This document shows, piece after piece, positions 52,195 to 64,000 of a stretch of DNA of 64,000 bases (position 1 is the stretch's first letter; every line of letters starts with the position of its first letter). The notes under the pieces were generated by a model, which was not told where the DNA came from, made no database searches, and saw only the letters and a list, made by a program, of their open reading frames with translations. This DNA comes from Octopus sinensis (Eukaryota). A program made the translations under genes and the position numbers. The stretch lies in contig NC_043004.1 in assembly GCF_006345805.1 (NCBI RefSeq), forward strand, positions 39,556,001 through 39,620,000, in the 5' to 3' direction.

Positions 52195-52545
52195 AAGGAC
52201 TTAAAAGATTTTGGTGCCCCCATGTATATGTACTTCAAAATATAAACAATAATAAACCATGAAATATTTTTTTCATTTTTCAAACTGAAACAAAACAGTA
52301 AGATAGACAATAAGGTTTTGTTTAGATTTTGTTCTTTGTTGTTTGTCTTTTGTTTTTGTTTTTTGTATACTTCTATTTTATTTATATTTGAAAAGTTTTC
52401 TCGTATTTTTTTTTTAATTGCAAAGTCTTTGATCAGATCCTCACTATGACACTGTGAACACTTCGAAATTATATTTCCAATCATATAAACCACTTCGAAT
52501 GTTATCTCAGCAAGTTTCTTCGTGTGCCACAAACCATTTACCATT
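52195..52545 (-). mobile_element. Possible hAT transposase 3' remnant
   Basis: ORF contains SEDLIKDFAIKKKIRENF, resembling hAT C-termini (D.I.DFA.KK.R..F); a cagggccgcc-type end lies at 53468-53478 (minus). Confidence 0.35.
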
Positions 52546-52789
52546 TCTGCGATGCCCCAATTCCCATGAGGGCCTAAGCTCCTGCTTATTTTTCGAAAAA
52601 TGGTTAATCTAACGCTGGTTAAATAGTAAATGCATGTTATAAGGGGAGGTGAGAAGTATACTACATGTTAGACGAATTGAATGCATGTGGGTGGAACATT
52701 TCAAATCACGCTGCGTTGCGAATGTTCCCCTGTCAGTGTTCAATACTCTGCTTTTCAGTTATAATGGTTCTAGATACACCTTTATCTTT

Positions 52790-52984
52790 TACTTCTTTCG
52801 GTCATTAGACCACGGCAATGCTGGGGCACCGTCTTGAAGAATTTTAGATGAACGAATCGTCCTGAGTACTTATTCTTGTTTTAAGCTTGGCGTTTATTCT
52901 ACCGGTCTCTTTTGCCGAACCGCTATGTCAAGTGGTGGTGGGAGACAAACACAGGCACAAAGGCAAACACACACACACGCTAAG

Positions 52985-53063
<79 letters not shown>

Positions 53064-53430
53064 AAGTTAATCCAAACAAGAAAGTACAAAAAAACACAAC
53101 AACGCGAGGACGTGGAACAAATATTGTATTATTGGACGCTCAGGAAAGAAGGAAAGAAGGAGGGTTCAACGTTTCGTGCGGAGCTCTTCGTCGAAAACAT
53201 AGGAGAGGGAAAGATCCAGAGAAGGGAAGACAGAGGAAAAAAATCGCCAATACATATATATATATATATATACGATGGATTTTTTCAATTTCCATCTGCC
53301 AAATGAGTTCACAAAGCTTTGGCCAGCGCGAGGCTATAGAAGAGATCTGGCCAATGAGACTGGGAGCAGGACTGAACCGGGAATCAAGTGTTTGAGAAGC
53401 AAACTTCTAACCACATAGGCGCGCCTGCGT
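52790..53430 (-). mobile_element. SINE family A carrying a nested hammerhead-like element (53066-53250; motif 53164-53198) in its TA tract
   Basis: SINE halves on both sides; insert homologous to 29423-29576; motif gttt|tcgacga|a|gagc tcc gcac|gaaa|cg|tt|gaac. Confidence 0.75.
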
Positions 53431-55334
53431 TTGTGCAAGAAATAATTCTAAAAATCTGCCCTGTGCCCGGCGGCCCTGACTATAGTTATTTGGCAACACA
53501 GCGTCGCTACACTACGAATGAGTCAAATAAAAAAAAATAAGCTGGTGAAACTAGCGTAAGTGTTGGACCGTTGTTGTTCTTGTTGTGGCTGTGGTTGTTT
53601 GGCTCCAGGTCAACTCAGATTAGGCAAACCTAAGATCAAAGCCATGTTCTGTTTATAATAGTTTGAGCAATTACATACGAGCTGCATCATTGCCTTTCAC
53701 AAGTAGCTGTTGTGCTTGTGTATTAGTACTTGTTCTTTAGCCGCAGGTCAGCTGAAATTCAGCAAACTTCTAAATAAAGGCCTTCCATCCTTGACCCCAG
53801 GAATAATGTATCTAAGACAAAATAACCGCAAGCATCTTTCCACATTTTTACGGTATTAAGATGTGGTTTAAAGCAGTTCGATATTTATTTCTCGTAGCCC
53901 GAGCAAATCTACCGAGGCTTCTAAGTTGGCTCTTATAGGCTGGGTTTTAAATACCGACATCAAGCGACAGAACGTCTTATCTTGTAGACACCACAGTTCA
54001 AATACTCAAAGAAGAATTGCACTCTCTGGTATGTAGAACACGGAGATCTTAGAGTATAGTTTAATATCCCTTTTGGAAACTATTGGCTTGGTATTCCTTT
54101 CCACGACAGTTGTCATCGGCTAAGTATAAGCATCTCACGTTCGAAGAAAGAATACAGAATCTATTATAAAGCGATAAGGACAGAGCAGTAAATGCTAGTG
54201 TCTGATTAAAAGAGATAAGACAAAAAGCTAACATTATTATGGATGTACTACTGATATACAAATAAAAAATGTTATCTATAATTATCATCATTTGATTAAA
54301 TTACAGTAAAAAAAAAGGGTGGGGTTTGTGAAATAATGTAACAGTAATCAAATACTGTAGAAGTCTACTGGGTCAAACACAGATAACAAAATATCACGTG
54401 ATATAGCGCAAAAACAAATACCAATCACTATTTGCCACTATTGACTTTTACGTAATAATATCAACAGCATTATGACGGTTAGGGTAAACTTTAACGAAAC
54501 CTTTTGGAATAACTTAAGTTATACTGGATTTTTAATTGGTCGATGATATATGACAGAATGTGGCAATCGTTAGAGGTGCAGTATTAACTAAGAGTTGAAT
54601 AGATTTGCTAATTGAATGTCAATGTGTACAGAAGACGTGTAACTGTTTTATACAATGGTACTAGTTATAGATCAAAGTCGAATTCCCAGAACTCCTGGAT
54701 TTCTAGGCTATCAGTGAAAGCAATCATACGAAGTCGGCGTTTATTTTCAAACTATATCCATAATAGGATTTGAATTATTCACTGCAACGTAAATTAATGA
54801 AACACTGAATAAGTTTAAAGTATTCTCGTTGCTTACAGAGGTGAACTGCACCTATTTCTTGTACATATCTATAGAGTTTGTGCATGCAGGACTTAAGACT
54901 ATTACCGGCTAAGGTCATGCTATGATCTTAGACGATCATAGCCGACTCTTTAATAGGTAGGCTGGCTCCCTGTCAACTCAGCTGACTTCGACTTTCAGAT
55001 AAGAAATAGGATATTGTTATATCACGTGGGCAATTGGCTCAAGTTAGATGTTTGTTTAAAGCTATTTATATATTACGTAAGTTAGCACTGTAAGTGTAGC
55101 TCATTGGTTGTTTTTGATCTTGTGTCATCAGTTATTTGACATCATCCTCGATTTGATGACATTTGTAATTTGCTATCCGTGGTCTGAAAATATTTGGGAT
55201 TTAATATTTACCATTTGATTTACATCAACCATTTGATATCTTCGATCTTCGATCAAGATAATATCTTGATCTACATCTATGATATCTAAGGAGATTTGAC
55301 AACATGACGTCTAAGATGTTATCAAACGATTGCT

Positions 55335-55565
55335 TATTTCTTTACTACCCACAAGGGACTAAACACAGAGAGGACAAACAAGGACAGACAAACGGATTAA
55401 GTCGATTATATTGACCCCAGTGCGTAACTGGTACTTATTTAATCGAGCCCGAAAGGATGGAAGGCAAAGTCGACCTCGGCGGAATTTGAACTCAGAACGT
55501 AACGGCAGACGAAATACGGCTACGCATTTCGCCCGGCGTGCTAACGATTCTGCCAGCTCGCCGCC
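55335..55565 (-). mobile_element. Full SINE family B with 16-bp TSD
   Basis: TSD ttatcaaacgattgct at 55319-55334 and 55566-55581. Confidence 0.92.
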
Positions 55566-55673
55566 TTATCAAACGATTGCTGTCATTTCATCTGATGATT
55601 CAGCTGCTATTTGATTTGTTGATCTGTACAATTTGATCAGGTGATACCTCACATTTGATCAGATGATTATATA

Positions 55674-55890
55674 CGAAGGGGTGCTGAAAAGTTCTTGCAT
55701 TTAGGAGTATCGCGAAAGACCTAGCTGGAGGTCAAATCATCCGAGTTTTTTTGCAGGGTTTAGAAAAACTGAAGTGTCGCTGCAATAAGTGTATAAATCT
55801 GAGAGGGGAATGCGTTGAATAAAATCATATTTAACTGATCCTCCTGTATTTTCCTTTACCCAAAGCCAGAAACTCTTCAGCATCCCCCCG
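55674..55890 (+). mobile_element. Internally deleted mariner
   Basis: TA|cgaaggggtgctgaaaagttc ... gaaactcttcagcatccccccg|TA; encodes QGLEKLKCRCNKCINLRGECVE*, like the mariner transposase C-terminus (G..KL..RW.KCI...G.YVE). Confidence 0.85.
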
Positions 55891-56809
55891 TATCTCATCT
55901 GATCAAGTCGTTGCTGTCATTCGATACAACAATACCTATGGTTTAATAACATAATATCGACGATGTTATCATGTGATATCTGCCATTATTTGATTTGATG
56001 TTATATACGATCATCAAATAATAGCTGACATTTGATCTGTCAATATCAGGCTATCTGTGATCTTATATTAACGATTTATTACCGCTTTAAACGTTTGAAG
56101 TATAGCCAGCATATGAACTACCGGGCTGGTAGTTTTTCAAACACGCTGAGAAGTCTGCGAATCGTGTGTTGTCTGTCACCTTCTACAAAATGTCGCTAAG
56201 CATCTTGTTCAACGAGCTATCAATTCTGCAAGCTCGCCGCCCTAGCACGTCAACTGTCTTTAGACTAAGGACTTGTCCATAATAATTGCAAGAAAGTTGA
56301 CTCCGCTGAAGCAACCCAAAGGAATACCATGAGCGGTGATGTTGAACTCGACATTAATTAAGGAATAAATAAATGGTGGCAAAAAGGAGCAGTCACTTTA
56401 TTGTGCATAGCAATCTGAAAATCTAATTACTTAATAGACATGATTAAAATTGTCAAAAGAATTCGCTTAATTTCAATGAAGACATAAATCAAATTCAAAA
56501 ACCAATGAAAGTAGTTGAAGCTATACTGGCAGGAGAACAAATTTTGAGATAAATTTATGACTCCAGCGTTTTCTATCGTAATTTATTCAGCCTGAAATAA
56601 AGACTATAATAGAAGATTAACGTGTGTGTAAAAAAAAAAAAAGGAAAAAAAAAGAACACGTTAGATATTGCTTATGACACTGCATAAATAAATGTGAGTC
56701 TAATTGAGTGCGTGGTGGGTGGGAAGAAGAGTCACTGGGAAAGTAAGTAAGAGAGTATTTTCTTTTTACTTTGAATGCAAACCCTGCAGCGATATCAACG
56801 TTTCAAAGC

Positions 56810-56879
<70 letters not shown>

Positions 56880-57198
56880 GTGTGTGTGTGTGCGTGTGTT
56901 CCCCACAGGGAGATATATCCTACATTCTATCGAGTTTTGTCTGGTTCTTGTAGTCTTTGGATTAAAAGAACCATACACACACACACACACACACACACAT
57001 ACACACACACACATATATATATATAATGGTATGTTTCAGTCCTTCTCCGCGGCACTTTGGATTCTTACTAAAGCCTCGAACTCATCAATGTCTTGTGAGT
57101 GAATTTAGATGACGAAAACTACAAAGGAGTCCTTAGTGTATACAGGTGTCTGGGTGTGGGTGCGCGCGTTTCTGTATGTGTGTGGGTGCGCTCGCGTG

Positions 57199-57239
<41 letters not shown>

Positions 57240-57625
57240 CTCTATTACTTGTTTCAGTCATTTGACTGCGGCCATGCTGGAGCACCGCCTTTAATCGAGC
57301 AACTCGACCCGGGACTTATTCTTTTGTAAGCCAGTACTTTTCTATCTATCGGTCTCTTTTGCCGAACCGCTAAGTAACGGGGACATAAACACACCAGCAT
57401 CGGCTGTCAAGCAATGCTAGGGGGACAAACACAGACACACAAACATAGACACGCATACATACATATACATATATACGACGGGCTCCTTTCAGTTTCCGTC
57501 TACCAAATCCACTCACAAGGCTTTGGTCGGCCCGAGACTATAGTAGAAGACACTTGCCCAAGGTGCCACGCAGTGGGAATGAACCCGGAACCATGTGGTT
57601 GGTAAACAAGCTACTTACCACACAC
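57240..57625 (-). mobile_element. SINE family A, near full length
   Basis: Reverse complement of 13982-14382. Confidence 0.9.
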
Positions 57626-57976
57626 TATAAAATATATAGTCACACACATCTGTGTTCTTCGAGAAACGTGTTTAGATTTCCATTTTATATAAATCTCCAT
57701 TTACGCATCCGCGAGACAATTGCACGTACACACTAATGTCTATTCGTATATCTATAAGGCTTGAATCTATAGGGATTTCATATTAAATGTTTTTCTTCGT
57801 CCATTTAGTGTAACACAACCTGAAAGATTAGAATTTTCTAGAGTAGATGCAAGCGCTAATGTATGATTTATAAAAACATGTAACATATTAATAAAAATCT
57901 GTAAATGTACAACCATCCAGATCTCTGAGTACCTTATTTTTTTCTAATATATATCACCACCACCTCCGAACTTTTA

Positions 57977-58034
<58 letters not shown>

Positions 58035-58729
58035 CACATACCACACACACATATATATATATATATGTACATATATATATATATATTATATATATATAAA
58101 TTAACATATACTATTATATATATATATATAGTATATATATATATAATATGTGTGTATATATATATATAGTAATGTATAGATATATATGTATGTTATATAT
58201 ATATAGATGGTATGTATATATAGTATATGTATGTATATATATATATGTATGTATATATATTATATGTATGTATGTAATATATTATATATGTATGTATATA
58301 TATTATATGTAGTATATATATATATATGTATGATATATATATATGTATGTTATATATATATATGTATGCTATATATATATATGTATGTATATATATATAT
58401 ATGTATATATATATATGTATATATATAATACATATACAACATATATATGTAGATGTATATATATATATACACATATATATGTGTGTGTATGCGTGTGTTT
58501 ATGCCCTCCCCTTCCACCACTTGTCAACTCGTTCCTGTGAGCTAGCGGTTCGGCAAAACAGACCGATAGAATAAGTACCAGACTTTAGAAACAGAGTACT
58601 AGAGACGATTCATTCGACTAAAAGTGTTTCAAAGCGGTTCCCCCAACATGGCCGCAGTCTAATGTTTGAAACAAATAAAAAAATAAAAGCGATAACAGAA
58701 AGTCTATTTGACACATACTCTCTCTCGCT

Positions 58730-58762
<33 letters not shown>

Positions 58763-58800
58763 CACACACACAACACACACACACACACACACATACACAC

Positions 58801-59032
58801 CTATTTCTTTACTACCCACAAGGGGCTAAACACAGAGGGGACAAACAAGGACAGACATAGGTATTAAGTCGATTACATCGACCCCAGTGCGTAACTGGTA
58901 CTTAATTTATCGACCCCGAAAGGATGAAAGGCAAAGTCGACCTCGGCGGAATTCGAACTCACAATGTAACGGCAGACGAAATACCGCTAAGCATTTCGCC
59001 CGGCGTACTAACGTTTCTGCCAGCTCGCCGCC
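58801..59032 (-). mobile_element. Full SINE family B
   Basis: ctatttctttactacccacaagggg...gccagctcgccgcc. Confidence 0.9.
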
Positions 59033-59837
59033 TTTCGTATACACACACACACACCACAACCCAACCACAACCACCACCATCACCACCACCACCACCACCA
59101 CCACACTGCTCACATGGTCACACAGACGCAGCCTATCATCACAGTCCAAGCTCAGATCCGGGTATGTAGCGATATGCTTGCATGTCTATTTAGCATTGAA
59201 TGGTAAATGCGTCTTCGAATAAATTAGCATGTGCGTCTACGTCTGTTTGCGTATGACTGAGGACAAGAGACCAGATGTGTATCAGAGGGGAGTAATTAGA
59301 AAATATGGCACTAAACTTATTCACCCTAGGTCGCTGTCAAACCTCGCGTACAGTTGGAATTAAGTTCATGGTACGGCATATTTAATTCTGCGTCAGTTCC
59401 TGTGACCGTCAAAGAGTTGATTGCGACGAAATCCTACTGTGAAGGCAATTGTTAAAATAACATCCTTTTTTTTTTATTTTTGTATATTTTGTTTTGTTTT
59501 GTTTTGTTTTGTTTTACTTTTTCCTTCATTTTGAATCGCAGGCATGGATGGATATAAGCGCAGGCATGACGTTGTATTCATGTCGTTAGGTAGGTAGTTC
59601 GCTTCGCAATCACATGGTTTCAGGTTCAGTCCCAGAGTACTACGCGGTACCAGAGGCAAGTGTCTTCTACTATAGCCCCGGGCAGACCTTGTAAGTGGAT
59701 TTGGTTGACGGAAATTATGTGGAATCCTATTACACACACACACACACACACACAAACAAATGCACATATATATATATATAGATAGATAGATAGATAGATA
59801 GATGATAGAGAGAGAGAGAGAGAGAGATAGATAGATA

Positions 59838-59876
<39 letters not shown>

Positions 59877-60144
59877 CAGACAGACAGACAAAATCATTTC
59901 TAGAAAGTATAGAAGCTCAAGTCTTCTGTTAAATAAAAGGATAAAATCTATATAAGAATTAATCAAGTAGCCAGCGTGAAGAATCAGTTAAGGGATAGAT
60001 TTATACGAAATATATAATTATCCCCTTTAAATAAAATACATTCATTTATATTAAGGGCTATTACTACACGTTAATGCCTCAAGCTCTAAGGGAGTCTTAA
60101 AGTCAAAAGTCAAAGTTACTTTAATAATATATATATATATATAT

Positions 60145-60175
<31 letters not shown>

Positions 60176-60257
60176 ATGTGTGTGTGTGTAATATGTGTAT
60201 GTGTGTATATATATGTATGTGTGTGTATGTGTGTATATGTATGTGTGTGTATGTGTG

Positions 60258-60316
<59 letters not shown>

Positions 60317-60844
60317 GTATGTGTGTGTGTGTATGTATATGTATGTGTGCATGTGTGTGTGTATATATATGTGTCTGTGTGCGTGAGTGTGTGTGTGTAT
60401 AACACGCAATTCGCACACAGTATACACACACAAGTTAACTGCTACACAGACGCGCCTGCATACATTAACACACACGTTCACACACACACATACATAAATA
60501 CACGCAGTACACGCGCACACGTGGCCTTACACAAACACACACAAACATTTTGTCCTTACACACACGCTCAAGGTTGTGCAAACACACTTTAGTCAAATTA
60601 GTGTTGTCTCCTTTGGTACCCACGCCGCCGGCAACTTCCTTCCGGTCAGCTGAACATGTAGCACCGTTAATTCAGACACATTTTTTTCTCTCTCGATTTT
60701 TGTTTTCTCTCTCCATCTGATTTCTCTCGTCATATCTACTGTAGAAGAGTGTAGGCTTCAAATTGCAAAGATTTCTTCCATTTTTCCCTAGCATAGAATT
60801 AATACACATTTTTGTTCTTTTCTCTTTTTTATTCTTTTTGTTAT

Positions 60845-61392
60845 AATAAATATTAGAGCGAGTTATAAACAGTAGCTGCAACACATCGTGACGTATATTT
60901 GCCATTTGAATATGGCTAACCCCTAAGGGTGGATGCTACTGTAGTTTGTAGCCCCAGGAGGACACCTCCTCCAGCTGGTTATAGACACACTTTCTGTGCC
61001 TTATCAGTATTTGCAAAGGGAAGCCATCCTTCCCGTCTTCAATTTATGATACACACGGACTCGAGTTTCTGAATATTGACCCGTCATCGGCGTGTGCCAA
61101 TCACAGTTGTCGATGAAAAGTAGGATCCCTTCACAAATATATATCCTTTTTCCAGTATCGTACAGACACTGATATCGAAAAAGTGTCAACAAGCAAAAAT
61201 AAATCTTAGAGCGAGTTATGAACAGTAGCTGCAACACATCGTGACGTATATTTGCCATTTAAATATGGCTAACCCCTAAGGGTGGATGCTACTGTAGTTT
61301 GTAGCCCCCAGGAGGACACCTCCTCCAGCTGGCTAGACGGGAAGGATGACTTCCCTTTGCAAATACTGATAGGGCACAGAAAGTGTGTCTAT
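60845..61392 (-). mobile_element. Terminally redundant 353-bp unit with hammerhead plus inverted 58-bp segment (retrozyme/pLTR-like)
   Basis: Direct repeat 60845-60978 = 61198-61332; inverted repeat 60981-61038 versus 61335-61392. Confidence 0.75.
61052..61096 (-). ncRNA. Type I hammerhead motif (U4C variant)
   Basis: cacacg | ccgatga | c gggt caat attc a | gaaa | ctcgag | tc | cgtgtg; perfect 6-bp stem I, palindromic stem III, GUC site. Confidence 0.7.
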
Positions 61393-62071
61393 GGCCGGAA
61401 GTGGTAGAATGCATGTATGCATGTATCCATTATTACTACTTCACCCGCTCATACGAAATATAAAAGTAGTTATTTATTATCTCAATCACCAAATACATAC
61501 ACATGCAGCATAACGCACACGCACAGTCATTAGAGTGGTACTACGCTTAATCAAAGTCAGAATGGTTTCTGTCTGTTCTAGACTCTATTTAATTGATCCT
61601 GGAAATTCAATCATGTCACATGTGATTAATAGCATTCCACCGAGTACACACACACACGATACGCACACGTATATTTACATATGTAACGTGTCTTGAAAGC
61701 ACAAACAAATTATATCTGTCTAATATACACATATCAAATTACTGGATTTTAATAATGATGTAAAACTATCTCTAATTTTAAATATTAAATAAACAATACT
61801 TCTTGTTTTTCTGTGTATATAAATCACTTTGCGAAATTCTCGAAAGAATGTGCAGATTAAACACTTTTCTCAAAAGACCTTTAAGCGGTTGAAATTGAAA
61901 CGACATAATCCGATAATGGACAATTTATTATTATTCAGTAAAAATTTATTAAATAATAATGAACATATATATATGTATATTTAATCCTAGTATTGGTGAG
62001 ATAGCTTGTCAGGACATAATGAGAAGTGAGAAAAGATCAATAATCACAAAAACAAAAAAAACCAAGACTTA

Positions 62072-62420
62072 CAGGCGTGACTGAGTGGTAGGAAGCTTGC
62101 TGCTTAACCATATCGCTCCAATTCCAGGTTCAGTCGTACAGTGTGGCACTTTGAGCCGATAAAAGCCTTGTGAGTGGATTTGGTAGATGGAAACTGGAAG
62201 AAGCCTGTTGTGTGTGGCTTTTGTATCTGTTTATCTCCCACCAACGCTTGAAAACCGGTTTTGGTGGTTTCGTCCCCGTAACCTAGCGGTTCGGCCCAAG
62301 AATGCGATAGAAAAAGTACCAGGCTTAGCAAAACAATTACGTACTAAGGTCGATTCATACGACTAAAGTTTTTTCATTGGCGGTGCACCAGCATGGCCGC
62401 AGTCTAATGGTTGAAACAAT
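62072..62420 (+). mobile_element. SINE family A, diverged
   Basis: aggcgtgactgagtggtaggaagcttgc..gccttgtgagtggatttggtaga..ccagcatggccgcagtc. Confidence 0.8.
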
Positions 62421-62692
62421 TTGAATATAAAAGACAAAGAATATATGTATGTATATACATACATGTGTGTGCATATATAAGGTTAGGGTTAGGGTTATAT
62501 ATAAACATACATGCCTATGTGCACATTCCTGCAGTATATATATTTGTCGTCAGCATTCTGCCAACATTGTGTCCGAGAACATGGGCCAAAGAATGCAAAA
62601 CTATAGCTGTGACGCATTCGCATAATTAATACCACGTGACCTAAGCTGCCCAATAGAGGCATAATGCCTAGAATTTTTTTTCATGTAATTAT

Positions 62693-62735
<43 letters not shown>

Positions 62736-62789
62736 TCATTTTTGTATTTGGTTTACAAGATTCTTTATATGAATTCGTGTGTTGAATCA

Positions 62790-63095
62790 TATTTTACTTT
62801 GTCTGGAGAGATTCATTGTTTTTTAATGCCTTATTTATAAAACACTCACCGGTTGGATTTCCATTCATTTATTATTTTTTTCTAAAATTTTCGTTGTTTC
62901 TTCAATAGTCATTAGCTATACATGCAGGTGTCGGTGTGGCTGGAGACGCAGCTCCGATAACAGATATTGTCAACGACTCCTGAAGTGGTTGCAAGAAAAT
63001 TTTAGAAAAAATAAAAAATAAATGAGTTGAAACCGAACCGGTGTGTTAATTAATAAGGCATTAAAACAGACTGACTCTCCCCAGGCAATAATATA
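62790..63095. repeat. Degraded palindromic element with hammerhead-like remnants
   Basis: ttttaatgccttatt..caccggtt.g.ttt..ttcatttatt..ttctaaaattttc mirrors gaaaattttagaa..aataaatga..aaccggtg..aataaggcattaaaa. Confidence 0.65.
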
Positions 63096-63649
63096 TATAC
63101 AAATATATATCATCATTATATGAGGGAAACGAAACAAACAAGGGAGATTGTGCATAAGATATTTAGCTACACCATCTTACGTACATTTCATTAACATAAG
63201 GTGATCATTAGCTACATAATGTGAATTAGAAAATCAAAACCTAGTGTTAAAGCGTCAGAGAAGTGTAACTTTTACACGAAACGCTTTTTTTTTTTCGCCT
63301 TTTTTTTCTTTTGTTGGAAAAGATGTTAATAATATTCATCAACGTAGATATGACATGCGACTCTACTGAACTGACTCGGACAAGCACTTTATAATATTTG
63401 CTATCAGATAAGGAAAATTGACACACAGTAGAATAGAAGAGGATCGAGGTGGGTATCAGGCGAGAACATTTTCTGATTAATAGTTTCACTGGATCATTTT
63501 ATCAGTTACTTTTTTTATACTTCTTTAGTCTAGCGATAAGAGTTATAGACAGTCATAAACAGTCTCAATATATTCTAACTTGTATATATCATGCATATGT
63601 TTATCTCCACAAGCGTACATGTGTATGAATATAATTTTCATTTTATTTT

Positions 63650-63912
63650 ATATGCTTCAGCCATTTGACTGCGGCTATGCTGGAGCACCGCCTTTAGTCG
63701 AACAAATCGACCCCAGGACTTTCTCTTTGTAAACCTAGTACTTATTCTATCGGTCTCTTTTGCCTAACCGCTAAGTGAACATAAACACACCAGCATCGGT
63801 TGTCAAGCGATAGTGGGGAAACAAACTCAGGTACACAAATATAAGCACACACGCACACATATATACGACGGGCTACTTTCAGTTTCCGTGTACCAGATCC
63901 ATTCACAAGGCT
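63650..63912 (-). mobile_element. SINE family A, 3' portion
   Basis: catttgactgcggctatgctggagcaccgcctttagtcg...ttcagtttccgt. Confidence 0.85.
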
Positions 63913-63956
<44 letters not shown>

Positions 63957-64000
63957 GTTTTTTATTCTTTTATTTATTTAATTCATTTAACTGCGGCCAT

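Larger units (their letters stand above)
50588..54525. repeat. Old inverted duplication: 50588-51810 versus 53970-54525
   Basis: ttccaaaaggtttcgttaaagtttac (50600) has its reverse complement at ~54484-54509; atcaaatgat..tgtatatcagt..cttatcg.tttataataga..ccgatgaca..aagccaata (51478-51708) has its reverse complement at 54090-54300. Confidence 0.8.

Noticed and set aside
62480-62497. Telomeric TTAGGG repeats (also inside the MITEs)
   Set aside because: Only 2-3 units; not evidence of a telomere or fusion site

Overview
AT-rich, microsatellite-saturated eukaryotic intergenic or intronic DNA. The SINE families and the TA/CA/TATG/AAT density suggest an Octopus-type cephalopod genome (inference, not verified). 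I found no host protein-coding exon I can support: the ORF track is almost all translated microsatellites and SINEs. The window is a mosaic of tRNA-derived SINEs (CORE-like family A, Meta-domain-like family B, a few others), decayed LINE fragments (CR1-like, R4/Dong-like, APE-type), three non-autonomous Helitrons, mariner/Tigger/hAT remnants and MITEs. The most striking signal is about a dozen type I hammerhead or hammerhead-like motifs (stem I - CUGANGA - stem II - GAAA - palindromic mini stem III - UH - stem I) in at least six unrelated short non-coding elements. Several of these elements are head-to-head palindromes (2400-2810; 49110-49760, with a tRNA-type Pol III head; 62790-63095) or a terminally redundant 353-bp unit (60845-61392). 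They look like non-autonomous Penelope-like/retrozyme-type elements. Two palindromes share a hairpin-apex-plus-restart signature, and one is the centre of a 2-kb inverted duplication of flanking DNA. Coordinates were read by eye and may be off by a few bases.
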